The translations under genes were made by a program, and so were the position numbers. DNA of 64,000 nt from Xanthobacter sp. (GTDB lineage: Bacteria > Pseudomonadota > Alphaproteobacteria > Rhizobiales > Xanthobacteraceae), in the NCBI GenBank assembly GCA_034676585.1, contig JAUCBY010000002.1, positions 113,432 to 177,431 on the forward strand, in the 5' to 3' direction. The notes beneath the pieces are model-generated. The model ran no database searches and had not been told where the DNA came from. It worked only from the letters and a program-made list of their open reading frames with translations. Of this stretch, positions 11,310 to 21,088 are shown one piece after another. Position 1 is the first letter of the stretch. Every line of letters starts with the position of its first letter.

Positions 11310-11410
11310 ATCGGGATCAAAGCGGTTGGTTCAGGGGGGGCGAGACGAACCGCTCTGATACCGTTCCGTAACCCGCGCCCCTCAGGAGAAAGGCGCGGGT
11401 GAAACGCGGA

Positions 11411-12970
11411 TCACTTCTTGCTGGTGTCTTCCAGGCTGATGGCGACAAAGCGCACACCCTGACGGTTCTTTACCTGCAACAGCACAGCCTTGCGGTTGGC
11501 GGCCTTGGCCGCTTCCAGCCCTTCGCGGACATCCTTGGGCGCAACAATCTCCTTGTCGCCGACCTTCAGGATGATATCGCCGGTGCGCAGGCCCTGTTCG
11601 GCAGCAAGGCCGTTCGGGTCCACCCCGGTTACAACAGCACCCTCATTGCCAGCGCCATCGACGCTCTTGGCCGGGGCAAGTTGCAGGCCCAGACGCGGCA
11701 GGCCCTTGGCATCCGCCGTGGTATCCTCGCTCTGGCCTGCCTTGGCATCAATGTCACCGGGCAACTGGTCGAGCGTCAGCGGCACATTGATGGTCTTGCC
11801 GTCGCGGATCAGTTCCAGATCAACCTTCACGCCGGGCTTGAGCATGCCGATCTTGCGGGTGAGTTCACGGGCATCCTTGATGGCCTCTCCATTCACCTTC
11901 ACGATAACATCGCTGGCCTTCAGGCCGGCCTTTTCACCCGGCGCACCGGGCTGCACCTGAGCCACCAGAGCGCCCTCGGTCTGCTTGATACCGAGGCCGG
12001 AGGCCAGTTCCTCGGTCAGCGGCTGGATCTGCACGCCAATATAACCGCGGGAAACCTTGCCGCTCTCACGCAGCTGCTGGACAACTGTGGCCACCGTTTC
12101 GGACGGAATGGCGAAGGCGATACCCACATTCCCGCCCGAGGGAGAGACAATGGCAGTGTTCACACCAATCACCTCACCGCTGAGGCTGAAGGTCGGGCCA
12201 CCAGAGTTACCCCGGTTGATGGGGGCATCAATCTGCAGGAAGTCATCATAGGGGCCGGAGCCGATGTCACGACCACGGGCCGAAACGATACCGGCAGTCA
12301 CCGTGCCGCCAAGACCGAAGGGGTTACCAACGGCGATCACCCAGTCACCCACGCGTGGCGCGGCTTCAGCCAGCTTCACCCACGGCAGGTTCGTAACATT
12401 ATCAATCTTCAGCAGGGCAATGTCGGTGCGCGGATCAGTCCCTATAACCTTGGCGGTATATTCCTTGCCATCGGTCGCGGTCACTTCCACCTCGTCGGCG
12501 CCATCCACAACGTGATTGTTGGTGACGACATAACCATCAGCAGAGATGAAGAAGCCGGAGCCCTGCCCCACCACGGGACGCTCTCCACCACGCGGGCCGC
12601 GCGGACCACGTGGACCCATCTGGCCGGGCGCACCGGGGCCTTCACCGAAGCCAAAGCGCTTCATGAACTCTTCAATTTGCGGGGGGATATGGCCACCCAT
12701 GCCGCCGCCCATGCCACCGGGGCCGGGGCCCGCCGCATCCACATCCTTCTTCACCTTCACCGAGACAACAGCCGGGGAAACCTTCTCGACAATATCGGCA
12801 AAGGAGAAGGTGTTGGCCGGCTCATTGGTGGTGATCTGCGCGAAGGCCGGTGTGGTGGCAACCGGAGTAAGAGCACCGGCCACGACACCGGCAAGCGCAA
12901 AGCCGACAACGCCAGCCAGCAGAGCAGAACGGCGCTTCGTCAGGAAAGAGGTCTTGTCGGAGCGGGTCAT
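11411..12970 (-). CDS. degP: periplasmic serine endoprotease DegP/HtrA family (trypsin domain plus 2 PDZ)
   Basis: Catalytic triad contexts TNNHVV, DIALLK and GNSGGP, with two PDZ-like repeats. Start set to ATG 12970 (MTRSDKTSFLTKRRSALLAG signal/anchor) rather than the ORF-track start at 13129. Confidence 0.9.
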   Translation of the reverse strand: MTRSDKTSFLTKRRSALLAGVVGFALAGVVAGALTPVATTPAFAQITTNEPANTFSFADIVEKVSPAVVSVKVKKDVDAAGPGPGGMGGGMGGHIPPQIEEFMKRFGFGEGPGAPGQMGPRGPRGPRGGERPVVGQGSGFFISADGYVVTNNHVVDGADEVEVTATDGKEYTAKVIGTDPRTDIALLKIDNVTNLPWVKLAEAAPRVGDWVIAVGNPFGLGGTVTAGIVSARGRDIGSGPYDDFLQIDAPINRGNSGGPTFSLSGEVIGVNTAIVSPSGGNVGIAFAIPSETVATVVQQLRESGKVSRGYIGVQIQPLTEELASGLGIKQTEGALVAQVQPGAPGEKAGLKASDVIVKVNGEAIKDARELTRKIGMLKPGVKVDLELIRDGKTINVPLTLDQLPGDIDAKAGQSEDTTADAKGLPRLGLQLAPAKSVDGAGNEGAVVTGVDPNGLAAEQGLRTGDIILKVGDKEIVAPKDVREGLEAAKAANRKAVLLQVKNRQGVRFVAISLEDTSKK

Positions 12971-13129
12971 GAAGGTCTCATCTCTCTCATTGGCCGGGGG
13001 CGTATTCACGCGACGGTCCGGCAGGTTCGAGAGTGAATTTAGCGAGGCGAATCTTACAGTTCTCTGGCCGGCAGATGACAGTTCGGTAATGTGGGCCATC
13101 GGGCGCAGGTTTTTAACCGAGCCGGACAC

Positions 13130-13618
13130 TTAGGCGGAAGGCTTGTCTTCCTTCAGCAGCCTGTTGAGCTGTTCTTCTTCCGCCGGAGAGAGCGGAGGGG
13201 CAGTTGGCACATTACGGCGGCGCGCCAGCAGGACCATGACACCCCCACCCAGCACAAGAACCAGCACAGGGGTTGCCCACAACAGGGCATTGCGGGCCGT
13301 AAAGCGCGGGCGCAACAGCACAAACTCGCCGTAACGCTCCACCATATAGTTCAGCACATCGCCGTTGCTGTCGCCCGCCTTCAGCCGCTCGCGCACCAGC
13401 AAGCGCAGGTCGCGGGCGAGCGGTGCATCAGAATCATCAATCGACTGGTTCTGGCAAACAAGGCAGCGCAGCTCCAGCGAGAGATCCCGCGCGCGCTGCT
13501 CCAGAGCCGGGTCTGCCAGAATTTCATCCGGCTTCACCGCGAAGGATGGTCCAGCCATGGCAAGGCTGAGTGCTCCTGCCATCAGCAGGCGGGAAAGAGG
13601 CTTCAATCCTGCACGCAT
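13130..13618 (-). CDS. ccmH: cytochrome c-type biogenesis protein CcmH (CycL)
   Basis: [16 protein letters not shown] (LRCxxCQ motif), signal peptide and C-terminal TM. Sits directly downstream of ccmF. Confidence 0.9.
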   Translation of the reverse strand: MRAGLKPLSRLLMAGALSLAMAGPSFAVKPDEILADPALEQRARDLSLELRCLVCQNQSIDDSDAPLARDLRLLVRERLKAGDSNGDVLNYMVERYGEFVLLRPRFTARNALLWATPVLVLVLGGGVMVLLARRRNVPTAPPLSPAEEEQLNRLLKEDKPSA

Positions 13619-13627
13619 GCCCGCCTC

Positions 13628-15613
13628 CTATTCTGCCGGGGCCATAGCCAGACGCTTGCGCGAAGGCTTGGGCGCACCCACGCGCAGGCGACGATCCAGC
13701 AGGGAAAGCACGCCACCGAATGACATCACCACAGCACCGAGCCAGATCAGCGTCACCAACGGCTTGAAGGCGACCCGTACAGCCACGCCGCCATCCACCT
13801 CCTGCTCCTCGCTCACGCTCACATAAAGCTGGCTGAAGCCAAAGGTGCGGATACCGGCCTCGGCGGTAGCCATCTGGCGCGCCTCGAACATGCGGCGCGA
13901 CGCCTCAATGCGTCCTTCCGGCACGCCGTCATTCAGGATGGAGAACACAGCCACGCGCGCATCAAAGTTCGGCCCGGCGCGGTCCACCAGCTTGTCCAGC
14001 GTCAGGGTCCGCGAACCAACGGTCACCTGATCGCCCGGCTTCACGGCAGCGATGGTTTCCAGTCCCCATGTAGAGGCACTCACAATGCCAAGCAGGGTGA
14101 CACCCAGCCCGAAATGCGCCAGCGCCGTGCCATAGGCTGAACGCGGCAGCCCGCGCAGGCGCGACCATGCCACCTTGACCCCAACGCGGGTCACCGCAGA
14201 ACGCTCCCATAGATCCATCAGGGAGCCAATCATCACAAAGACGGCAAGGCTCACGCCCACAGGGGCCATCACCGGGCCGCCAATGGTTGCCGCAGCCGTC
14301 ACCACAGCCGCGACCACGCCAAGTCCAAGCGCCCATATCAGCCGCTGCGCCACGCCCAGCAAATCTCCCCGCTTCCATGCCAGAAGGGAGCCGAACGGCA
14401 TCGCGAACAGCAGGGGCAGCATCAGCCCGCCAAAAGTCAGGTTGAAATAGGGTGGCCCAACCGTGATCTTCGCTCCTGTCGCAGCTTCCAGCGCCAAGGG
14501 ATAAAGCGTGCCCACCAGCACCGCAGCCGTTGCTGCCGTGAGGAACAGGTTGTTCAGCACCAGCGCGCCTTCACGCGAAACAGGGGCAAACAGCCCACCC
14601 TGTCGCAAATCGGAGGCGCGCAGGGCAAACAGCGCCAGAGCGCCCGCAATGAAGAACACCAGAATGGCGAGAATAAAGACGCCGCGCTCAGGGTCCGAGG
14701 CGAATGAATGCACCGAGGTCAGCACACCCGAGCGCACAAGGAAGGCCCCCAGCAGCGACAGCGAGAAGGCGAGAATGGCAAGGAAGATGGTCCACACCTT
14801 CAGCGCATCACGCTTTTCCATCACCACAGCGGAATGCAGCAAGGCCGTGGCCGCAAGCCAAGGCATCAGCGAGGCATTTTCCACCGGGTCCCAGAACCAG
14901 TAACCACCCCAGCCCAGCTCATAATAGGCCCAGTAGGACCCCATGGCGATGCCGAGCGTAAGGAACACCCATGCAGCCAGAGTCCACGGCCGCACCCAGC
15001 GCGCCCAAGCCGCATCAATCCGCCCCTCAAGCAAGGCCGCAATGGCAAAAGCGAAGGAAATGGAAAGCCCCACATAGCCGAGATACAGCAGCGGAGGATG
15101 GATCGCGAGGCCCAGATCCTGAAGGATCGGGTTCAGGTCACGTCCCTCGGCCGGTGCTGGCACCATGCGGATAAAGGGATTGGAGGTGAACAGGATAAAA
15201 GAGAGAAAGGCCGCCGCGATGCTACCCTGCACCGCCAGCACATAAGCCTTCAGGCGATCTGGCAGATTGGTGCCAAAGACCGCCACCAGCGCCCCGAACA
15301 GCGCCAGCACAAACACCCACAGCAGCATGGAGCCTTCATGGTTTCCCCATGTGCTGGTGATCTTGTAGATGAGCGGCATGCGCGAGTGCGAATTCTCCAC
15401 CACGTTCACCACCGTAAAATCGGAGGTGACATAGAGCTGGACCAGCACTGCAAACGAGAAAAACACAAAGGCGAACTGCCCAATGGCAATAGGGCTGGCG
15501 GTGCCCATCAGCACCGCATCACCACGCCATGCCCCCCATGCGGGCAACACCACCTGCACAAAGGCAAGGGCAAAGGCGAGAGCAAGGGCATACTGGCCAA
15601 GTTCAGCAATCAC
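13628..15613 (-). CDS. ccmF: heme lyase CcmF (CycK)
   Basis: Polytopic membrane protein with the W-rich heme-handling motif WGGYWFWDPVENAS. Start set to GTG 15613 (VIAELGQYAL), which has GGAG 8 nt upstream and lies 4 nt after the ccmE stop. Confidence 0.93.
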   Translation of the reverse strand: MIAELGQYALALAFALAFVQVVLPAWGAWRGDAVLMGTASPIAIGQFAFVFFSFAVLVQLYVTSDFTVVNVVENSHSRMPLIYKITSTWGNHEGSMLLWVFVLALFGALVAVFGTNLPDRLKAYVLAVQGSIAAAFLSFILFTSNPFIRMVPAPAEGRDLNPILQDLGLAIHPPLLYLGYVGLSISFAFAIAALLEGRIDAAWARWVRPWTLAAWVFLTLGIAMGSYWAYYELGWGGYWFWDPVENASLMPWLAATALLHSAVVMEKRDALKVWTIFLAILAFSLSLLGAFLVRSGVLTSVHSFASDPERGVFILAILVFFIAGALALFALRASDLRQGGLFAPVSREGALVLNNLFLTAATAAVLVGTLYPLALEAATGAKITVGPPYFNLTFGGLMLPLLFAMPFGSLLAWKRGDLLGVAQRLIWALGLGVVAAVVTAAATIGGPVMAPVGVSLAVFVMIGSLMDLWERSAVTRVGVKVAWSRLRGLPRSAYGTALAHFGLGVTLLGIVSASTWGLETIAAVKPGDQVTVGSRTLTLDKLVDRAGPNFDARVAVFSILNDGVPEGRIEASRRMFEARQMATAEAGIRTFGFSQLYVSVSEEQEVDGGVAVRVAFKPLVTLIWLGAVVMSFGGVLSLLDRRLRVGAPKPSRKRLAMAPAE

Positions 15614-15617
15614 GCTC

Positions 15618-16100
15618 TCAACTCCCCGAAGGCTTGCCAGAGGCGGATGATGCGTCCGGCGCACCCTCACCGCCATGCTGCCACAGGCCCTGTGCTTTCA
15701 GCGCATCTGCCACTTCGCGCGGCATATAGTTTTCATCATGCTTGGCCAGCACCGTATCGGCGACAAACATGCCATCGGGGCGCAGCGCGCCCTCGGTCAC
15801 CACGCCCTGCCCTTCACGGAACAGGTCCGGCAGAATACCTGTATACGCCACCTTCACCGTGGCATTGCCATCGGTAATGGCGAAAGTGGTGGTGGTGCCG
15901 CTCTTGGCAACCGACCCATCTTCCACCAGCCCGCCAAGACGCACCCGCTCACCCGGACTAATCTGCCGCTCCGCTACCTCAGTGGGGGTACGGAAGAAGA
16001 CAATCGTGTCATTCAGTGCGGAAAGAATAAGCCCAGCGGCCAGTGCCACGACACACAAGCCGGCACTGATCAGAACAAGGCGGCGACCTTTGCGCGTCAT
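15618..16100 (-). CDS. ccmE: heme chaperone CcmE (CycJ)
   Basis: N-terminal anchor and OB-fold. Heme-binding His context [11 protein letters not shown]. Confidence 0.93.
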   Translation of the reverse strand: MTRKGRRLVLISAGLCVVALAAGLILSALNDTIVFFRTPTEVAERQISPGERVRLGGLVEDGSVAKSGTTTTFAITDGNATVKVAYTGILPDLFREGQGVVTEGALRPDGMFVADTVLAKHDENYMPREVADALKAQGLWQHGGEGAPDASSASGKPSGS

Positions 16101-16102
16101 GT

Positions 16103-17239
16103 CTATTCTCCCGGTGCAAGGGCCTGCGCTGCATCTTGAATGCGCGCGAGAGCCTGCGGTTCCTGGGCAAAGATGGTGCGCGCCTTTTCCAGCGCGCCCT
16201 TTGCCCTTTCATTTTCACCCATCACGGTAAAGGCGCGGGCAAGGCGCAGCCAGCCGTCAAGATCGTTCGGCTCATCATTCAGCCGATCCTCAAGCCGGGA
16301 CACCATACCCTGAATCATGGCGCTTCTGTCGTCATTCGACATCTGCGCCGCATTGGCGACATCTTCCGCCGAAGGACCGGGCGTTGCAGGCGTGCCTTGC
16401 GCCGCCTGTGCCCGCACCATGGCCCGCCGCAGCATGGGCAGATAAGGCGCATCAGCCGCAGCAGACTTCTCCAGAACTGACCATATCTCCAGCGCATCAG
16501 CCGGACGACCATCCTGCTCGGCAGCCACGCCAAGGAAATATTGCGCCCGCACTTCCTGCGGGTCCATCTTCACCGCTTCGCGGAAAATACGGGTCGCCTC
16601 ATTGGAGACAATGCCGCTATTGGCAGCCACCATTGCCTCGCCCATCGCCGAGAGTCGCTCACCGGAAGGGCCAAGAATACGAATAATCTGGGCATAGGCC
16701 TTGCCTGCATCTTCCGGCCGCTGGAGGCGCAGATAGATGGGGGCTAGCAGCGCATAGCCCTGAGCATCATCAGGGTTTTGCTGGAGGTGATCCTCAACCT
16801 TGCGCACCATGATGGCGATATCATCGCGGTCCGGTGGGGCTGCAAGGCGTTCGGCCAGCGGCGCGCCCGGCACATGCGGCGCACCCAGCACAACATAAAC
16901 ACCCACGCCCATCAGCGGCACGACAAACAGGGCGACAACTGCCGCAGCCCGCCGGCGGAACAAAGCCCCCTTCGCTTCAGAGACTTCTGCCTGCCCCTTT
17001 GCAGTATCTGCCGCAATCAGCCGACGCGCCACTTCAGCACGCGCCGCCTCGGCTTCGGCAAGAGCCAGGCGACCGCTTTCCTTGTCACGTTCAATTTCAG
17101 CGAGCTGATCGCGATACACGGCAAGATCAGCCTCACGCTCGCTGTGTAGCGTACGGGCGCGGCTCAGGGGCCACAGCACGAGCAACACCGCAAACACGGT
17201 CATGATAATGAAGGCAATGAAAAGGGCGGCAGAGATCAT
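16103..17239 (-). CDS. ccmI: cytochrome c-type biogenesis protein CcmI (CycH), TPR-containing
   Basis: N-terminal TM ([25 protein letters not shown]) plus a second TM and TPR-like C-terminal repeats. Position upstream of ccmEFH matches cycHJKL operons. Start trimmed to ATG 17239. Confidence 0.8.
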   Translation of the reverse strand: MISAALFIAFIIMTVFAVLLVLWPLSRARTLHSEREADLAVYRDQLAEIERDKESGRLALAEAEAARAEVARRLIAADTAKGQAEVSEAKGALFRRRAAAVVALFVVPLMGVGVYVVLGAPHVPGAPLAERLAAPPDRDDIAIMVRKVEDHLQQNPDDAQGYALLAPIYLRLQRPEDAGKAYAQIIRILGPSGERLSAMGEAMVAANSGIVSNEATRIFREAVKMDPQEVRAQYFLGVAAEQDGRPADALEIWSVLEKSAAADAPYLPMLRRAMVRAQAAQGTPATPGPSAEDVANAAQMSNDDRSAMIQGMVSRLEDRLNDEPNDLDGWLRLARAFTVMGENERAKGALEKARTIFAQEPQALARIQDAAQALAPGE

Positions 17240-17471
17240 GGCATAGCGGTTACCCTCTAATGGCTCTAAAGCAAAGAGCAGAAACGCTGCCAGCGGCGTG
17301 GGGCCGCAGGGTGCAACACGCATTTGCGCCACTCATGCTTCCGTAGGGGCAGAGGCAAGCCGGCCGGGAAATGACGAAACGCGCATTTCATGCCCTCTCC
17401 CGCCCTGTATGATCGCAGCGATTCGGTGGCACAGGGGCCTTCAGCGCCTCAAGCCTGCAGGGGATAAGACA

Positions 17472-17879
17472 ATGGGACTGTTCGACCAGATGGTGGGTGG
17501 CGTTCTGGGCAAGGTTGGCGGCGCGGGCATGATGGGTGGCCTGCTCAACAGCGCCCTTGGCGGTGGTCTGGGTGACGCCCTTCCGGGCATGGTGAACTCC
17601 GCCCTTGCGAAGACCGAGTTCGGCAGCCTTGCCGGCCTTGTCACCTATCTTCAGGAAAACGGCCTTGCCGATCAGGTCACAAGCTGGCTCTCCAGCGGCG
17701 AGAACCTTCAGGTCACCGCGCAGCAGCTTGTTTCCGTGATTGGCCCGGAGCATCTGGCGCATGTCGCGGGTGCAGTCGGCCTGCCACCGGAAGCAGTGGG
17801 TGAGCTGCTCTCCCAGCATCTGCCGGGCCTCATCGACAAGCTCAGCCCCAACGGACAGATCGAACTGCCAACGGCCTGA
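17472..17879 (+). CDS. yidB: YidB family protein (DUF937)
   Basis: MGLFDQMVGGVLGK start and C-terminal LLSQHLPGLIDKLSPNGQI resemble E. coli YidB (MGLFDEV...LPKIIDALSPQGEV). ATG 17472. Confidence 0.8.
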   Translation: MGLFDQMVGGVLGKVGGAGMMGGLLNSALGGGLGDALPGMVNSALAKTEFGSLAGLVTYLQENGLADQVTSWLSSGENLQVTAQQLVSVIGPEHLAHVAGAVGLPPEAVGELLSQHLPGLIDKLSPNGQIELPTA

Positions 17880-17900
17880 TAGCCGTCTCAGGGGAAAATC

Positions 17901-17940
17901 AGGGGAGGTTTAGCCAGAATGGCCGAACCTCCCCTTTTTA
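17901..17940. terminator. bidirectional intrinsic terminator between convergent genes
   Basis: AGGGGAGGTT / AACCTCCCCT 10-bp stem followed by TTTTA. The reverse strand also has a T-rich tail. Confidence 0.7.
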
Positions 17941-17964
17941 TTGGCACATAAGCGGAGAGCTGGA

Positions 17965-19269
17965 TCAGCCCTCCGTATCCGGCACAACATCATCCAGCAT
18001 CAATGAATTGCAGGCGAACCCCTCCTCCGGCTGGCTGAAACCGGTGGTGGTGATAAAGGCACAGCGTGTATCTTCCGCTTCCGCAAGCCATGTCACCAGA
18101 CGATAGGCAATTTCCGCCTCGGCTTCATCCGGCTGGTCCCGGAACGCGGAGGCAGGGGGAATCTGGGCGCTGGATTTGCGCACGCTCACCAGATCCCTGG
18201 CAACAACCAGAAGGGAGATGGTATCTCCCTCATCAGCCGCCGTCATGACAGGCGTGACTTCAAGGGTGAAGCGGTCCCAGCCGGTTGCGCCACGGGTCAC
18301 GGCGGCATCGGCCGTCACATGTGCGCTGAACTGCGGCGGAAGGGTGCCCTTGCGGGTCACCTTCACATCATCAAGCTGGAATGTATGCGGGCTTGCCGCT
18401 CCACCCTCCGCAGGCGGAAGACCCGCAAGCTGACGGCGCAAGATACCGCTGACATAATCCTTGAACTTGTCTTCATCGAGCGGCCCCTTCGCCATCACCC
18501 GTGCAGATGGCACCACAACCAGCGCCATCTCCCGGCACAGATTGGGCAGATGAACGCCCGAGACAGCAGGCAGAGAACGGATCTTTTCCGCCACCGGAGC
18601 CTCACTGCCCACCGGCACCGCAATATCGAACGTGACATCGCGCCCGCTTTTCGCAGCCATCCTCAGGCGAGACCAGATAGTCTCCAGCTTTTCGGTCTTG
18701 ATGGCATCATTATCGCTCACAACCACGACATTGAGTGCGGCCAGATCTCCCGGCGCACGCGCCATGTTCCGCAAATCACTCGCGCGCAGGGTTACGGCCA
18801 GCCCGCCATGGACAAGACCGCACCAGGCCTCATTCTTGCGCTGAAGAGAGAGGGCCGTGTGTGAGAAGCCACCTTCCGGGCGAAAAAACAACACATCCTC
18901 CAGCCCGGGAATGATGCCGGTTTCGACCCAGAGCAGCTGCTCATCACGCACATCTTTCTTGAGATGCACCTGATACACTTCATTTCCATGATTGATGGAA
19001 AGCTTCATCACGCCATCGGCAATGCTGCCACTGAGCGGCAATGCCCCTCGTGGATCGCCGGCAGGCGGAGTGATTGCCCCCTTTACTGAATTGCCCTGAA
19101 CCTCAAGATTGGCAATCGCGACCCGGTAAGGCGGAAAGAAGGGCAGACCAACGGCCATATATTGCTGCGCGGCGGCCGAAACCTGCGTCACAAGTGTGCC
19201 GGAAAGCAGAAGGGCACCCAGCCCTTTCAAGACCCATTTCGACATCATCACCACCACACGCCCCTGCAT
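17965..19269 (-). CDS. hypothetical secreted protein, no recognisable domain
   Basis: 434-aa ORF with a signal peptide (MSKWVLKGLGALLLSGTLVTQVSAAAQQ) and 4 Cys in the mature part. Monocistronic between a terminator and a divergent gene. The start may be ATG 19248 or 19245. Confidence 0.7.
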   Translation of the reverse strand: MQGRVVVMMSKWVLKGLGALLLSGTLVTQVSAAAQQYMAVGLPFFPPYRVAIANLEVQGNSVKGAITPPAGDPRGALPLSGSIADGVMKLSINHGNEVYQVHLKKDVRDEQLLWVETGIIPGLEDVLFFRPEGGFSHTALSLQRKNEAWCGLVHGGLAVTLRASDLRNMARAPGDLAALNVVVVSDNDAIKTEKLETIWSRLRMAAKSGRDVTFDIAVPVGSEAPVAEKIRSLPAVSGVHLPNLCREMALVVVPSARVMAKGPLDEDKFKDYVSGILRRQLAGLPPAEGGAASPHTFQLDDVKVTRKGTLPPQFSAHVTADAAVTRGATGWDRFTLEVTPVMTAADEGDTISLLVVARDLVSVRKSSAQIPPASAFRDQPDEAEAEIAYRLVTWLAEAEDTRCAFITTTGFSQPEEGFACNSLMLDDVVPDTEG

Positions 19270-19445
19270 CTGCCCTTTATGGCCGGCAATCTTTATGCCA
19301 GCTCTCTCATTCTCTTAATCCGGCCTTCCTTACAGAAAGCTGACGGCACGGAACCCTGCCCGCTCTGCCCATTGCTGTGCATTGTCTGCTATGGCCTGAT
19401 GAACCGTTCATTTTCATGACAGAACAATAATGCTGAGGGAATGCC

Positions 19446-20276
19446 ATGCTGAACAGCCAAAATGCACGCCATCTGGATGTCAAAACACCGGACCAGTTGC
19501 ACATTCAGGCGCGCGCATGGGGGAATGATGAGGGGGAGGAACTGCTCTTCATTCACGGCTTTTCACAAGCCGGCCTGTGTTGGCGTCGGCAGACTCAGGC
19601 TGCGGAACTCGCCCATCTGCATATGGTCGATTATGATTTTCGCGGCCATGGCGCATCTGACAAGCCAGCGGAGGCAGAATATTACCAGCCTGCGCAGCGC
19701 TGGGCGGATGAATTGCATGCTGTCATCACACAAACCGGGCTACGCAAACCGGTTCTGGTCGGCTGGTCTTATGCCGGTCGGGTGATTTGCGATTATCTGA
19801 GCCTGTATGGACCAGACTGTCTGCGCGGCATTGCTTTCGTTAACGCTGTCACTCGCAATGAGCGCCATTATTATGGCACATCCAACCGGCTGATGCGTCA
19901 AATGTGCACGCCTGATCTGGACATCAACATTGCCGGAACCAGATCCTTTTTGAACAACTGTTTTGAAATCATGCTGGATCCGGATGTCTTTGCGCAGTTA
20001 CTGGCGGCAAACATGGTTGTGCCACCGCAAGTGCGCGCACACCTGTTTGGACGGCCTGCGGAGTATGACGAAATGCTGGCCCGGCTGGATCTGCCCGTTC
20101 TTGTAATGCAGGGTGATCGGGACATTGTGGTCGCACCGGCTATGGCCCATCATATTGCAGCAAGCATTCCCGGCGCACGGCTGCATATGTTTGAAGGTAT
20201 AGGACATGCGCCTTTTCTGGAAACGCCGGAAGCCTTCAATGCCGTGCTTCTTGATTTTGTCTCCAGCCTGCCCTGA
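19446..20276 (+). CDS. alpha/beta-fold hydrolase
   Basis: LFIHGFSQAG oxyanion region, nucleophile elbow GWSYAG, and a C-terminal GHAPFLE His motif. Confidence 0.85.
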   Translation: MLNSQNARHLDVKTPDQLHIQARAWGNDEGEELLFIHGFSQAGLCWRRQTQAAELAHLHMVDYDFRGHGASDKPAEAEYYQPAQRWADELHAVITQTGLRKPVLVGWSYAGRVICDYLSLYGPDCLRGIAFVNAVTRNERHYYGTSNRLMRQMCTPDLDINIAGTRSFLNNCFEIMLDPDVFAQLLAANMVVPPQVRAHLFGRPAEYDEMLARLDLPVLVMQGDRDIVVAPAMAHHIAASIPGARLHMFEGIGHAPFLETPEAFNAVLLDFVSSLP

Positions 20277-20284
20277 AAAACAAA

Positions 20285-20311
20285 AAGCCCGGACCAGCAT
20301 AGTCCGGGCTT
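20285..20311. terminator. hairpin whose canonical T tail is on the minus strand
   Basis: AAGCCCGGAC / GTCCGGGCTT 10-bp stem. The plus-strand tail is AAACCCC, while the minus-strand tail is TTTTTGTTTTT. Confidence 0.55.
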
Positions 20312-20597
20312 AAACCCCGCTCCCCTTCCGCACTGACATAACTGACAGAAGAGAGGAACCTTGCCAGCGCAGAACCGGAGTACATCCGTCCGTCTTCTGC
20401 ATGCGTCTGGAGATCTCAACAAACGCGCATTGGCTGGGGTTGAATGTGAGATAAGAAGGCATTCCGGCTTTTTCAAGGCTTGTGGCTGAAAAAGCTAAAA
20501 ACTGAAGCCTGATGACGCGGGCACTCTCATCCCATGCCGCGCACCATATGCGCATGGCTTGCGCTTTTACTCTGGAGGCTGCCAGACATCACTGTTC

Positions 20598-20638
20598 AAA
20601 AAAGATGTGGTGGAAGGCCGAAAGCCTTCACACCACAT
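20598..20638 (-). terminator. intrinsic terminator of infA
   Basis: A roughly 15-bp stem (ATGTGGTGTGAAGGC / GCCTTCCACCACAT with one bulge), followed on the minus strand by CTTTTTTG. Lies 55 nt after the infA stop. Confidence 0.75.
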
Positions 20639-20693
20639 GAATCACACCCCGGCGGCCTGCAAGCATGCAGGACGCACCGGATGGGAGGCCATC

Positions 20694-20966
20694 TCAACGA
20701 CGGCGGAAATTCTGGCGACGGGCACCGGGGGGCGGGGCGGAGCCCTCGGCCTTGTGACGGAAATTGATGCGGCCACGATCCAGATCGTAAGGCGACATTT
20801 CCACCACCACACGGTCACCTTCAATGGTGCGGATGCGGTTCTTCTTCATCTTGCCGGCCGCATAGGCCAGAATCTGATGGTCGTTATCCAGACGCACGCG
20901 AAAATTACCGTCGGGGAGCACTTCAGTCACCGTGCCCTCGAACTCCAACATCTCTTCCTTCGCCAT
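20694..20966 (-). CDS. infA: translation initiation factor IF-1 with a basic C-terminal extension
   Basis: [72 protein letters not shown] is a canonical S1-fold IF-1, followed by [18 protein letters not shown]. Confidence 0.95.
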   Translation of the reverse strand: MAKEEMLEFEGTVTEVLPDGNFRVRLDNDHQILAYAAGKMKKNRIRTIEGDRVVVEMSPYDLDRGRINFRHKAEGSAPPPGARRQNFRRR

Positions 20967-21088
20967 ATAGTCTCTCCACTGGGCCCCGCTGGGGCGATGC
21001 TGGCGGGCTTATCTCACGAAATTGCGGTTCAGCCCATAGGACTCTTGCGGGAGCAGCATGGAAGCTGCCCCCGCCTATGATTTTCAGT

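Noticed and set aside
11399-13036. 545-aa ORF on the plus strand
   Set aside because: It is antisense to degP, which has a clear His/Asp/Ser protease triad and PDZ domains. The translation is Gly/Arg/His-rich with no motifs.
14708-15877. 389-aa ORF on the plus strand
   Set aside because: It is antisense to ccmF/ccmE. The translation is His/Arg/Gln/Pro-rich with no membrane or enzyme features.
20310-20555. 81-aa ORF in the infA downstream spacer
   Set aside because: It has no RBS, poor third-position GC compared with the neighbouring genes, and a Cys/Trp/Ser-rich composition. It is more likely non-coding (see the finding on this spacer).
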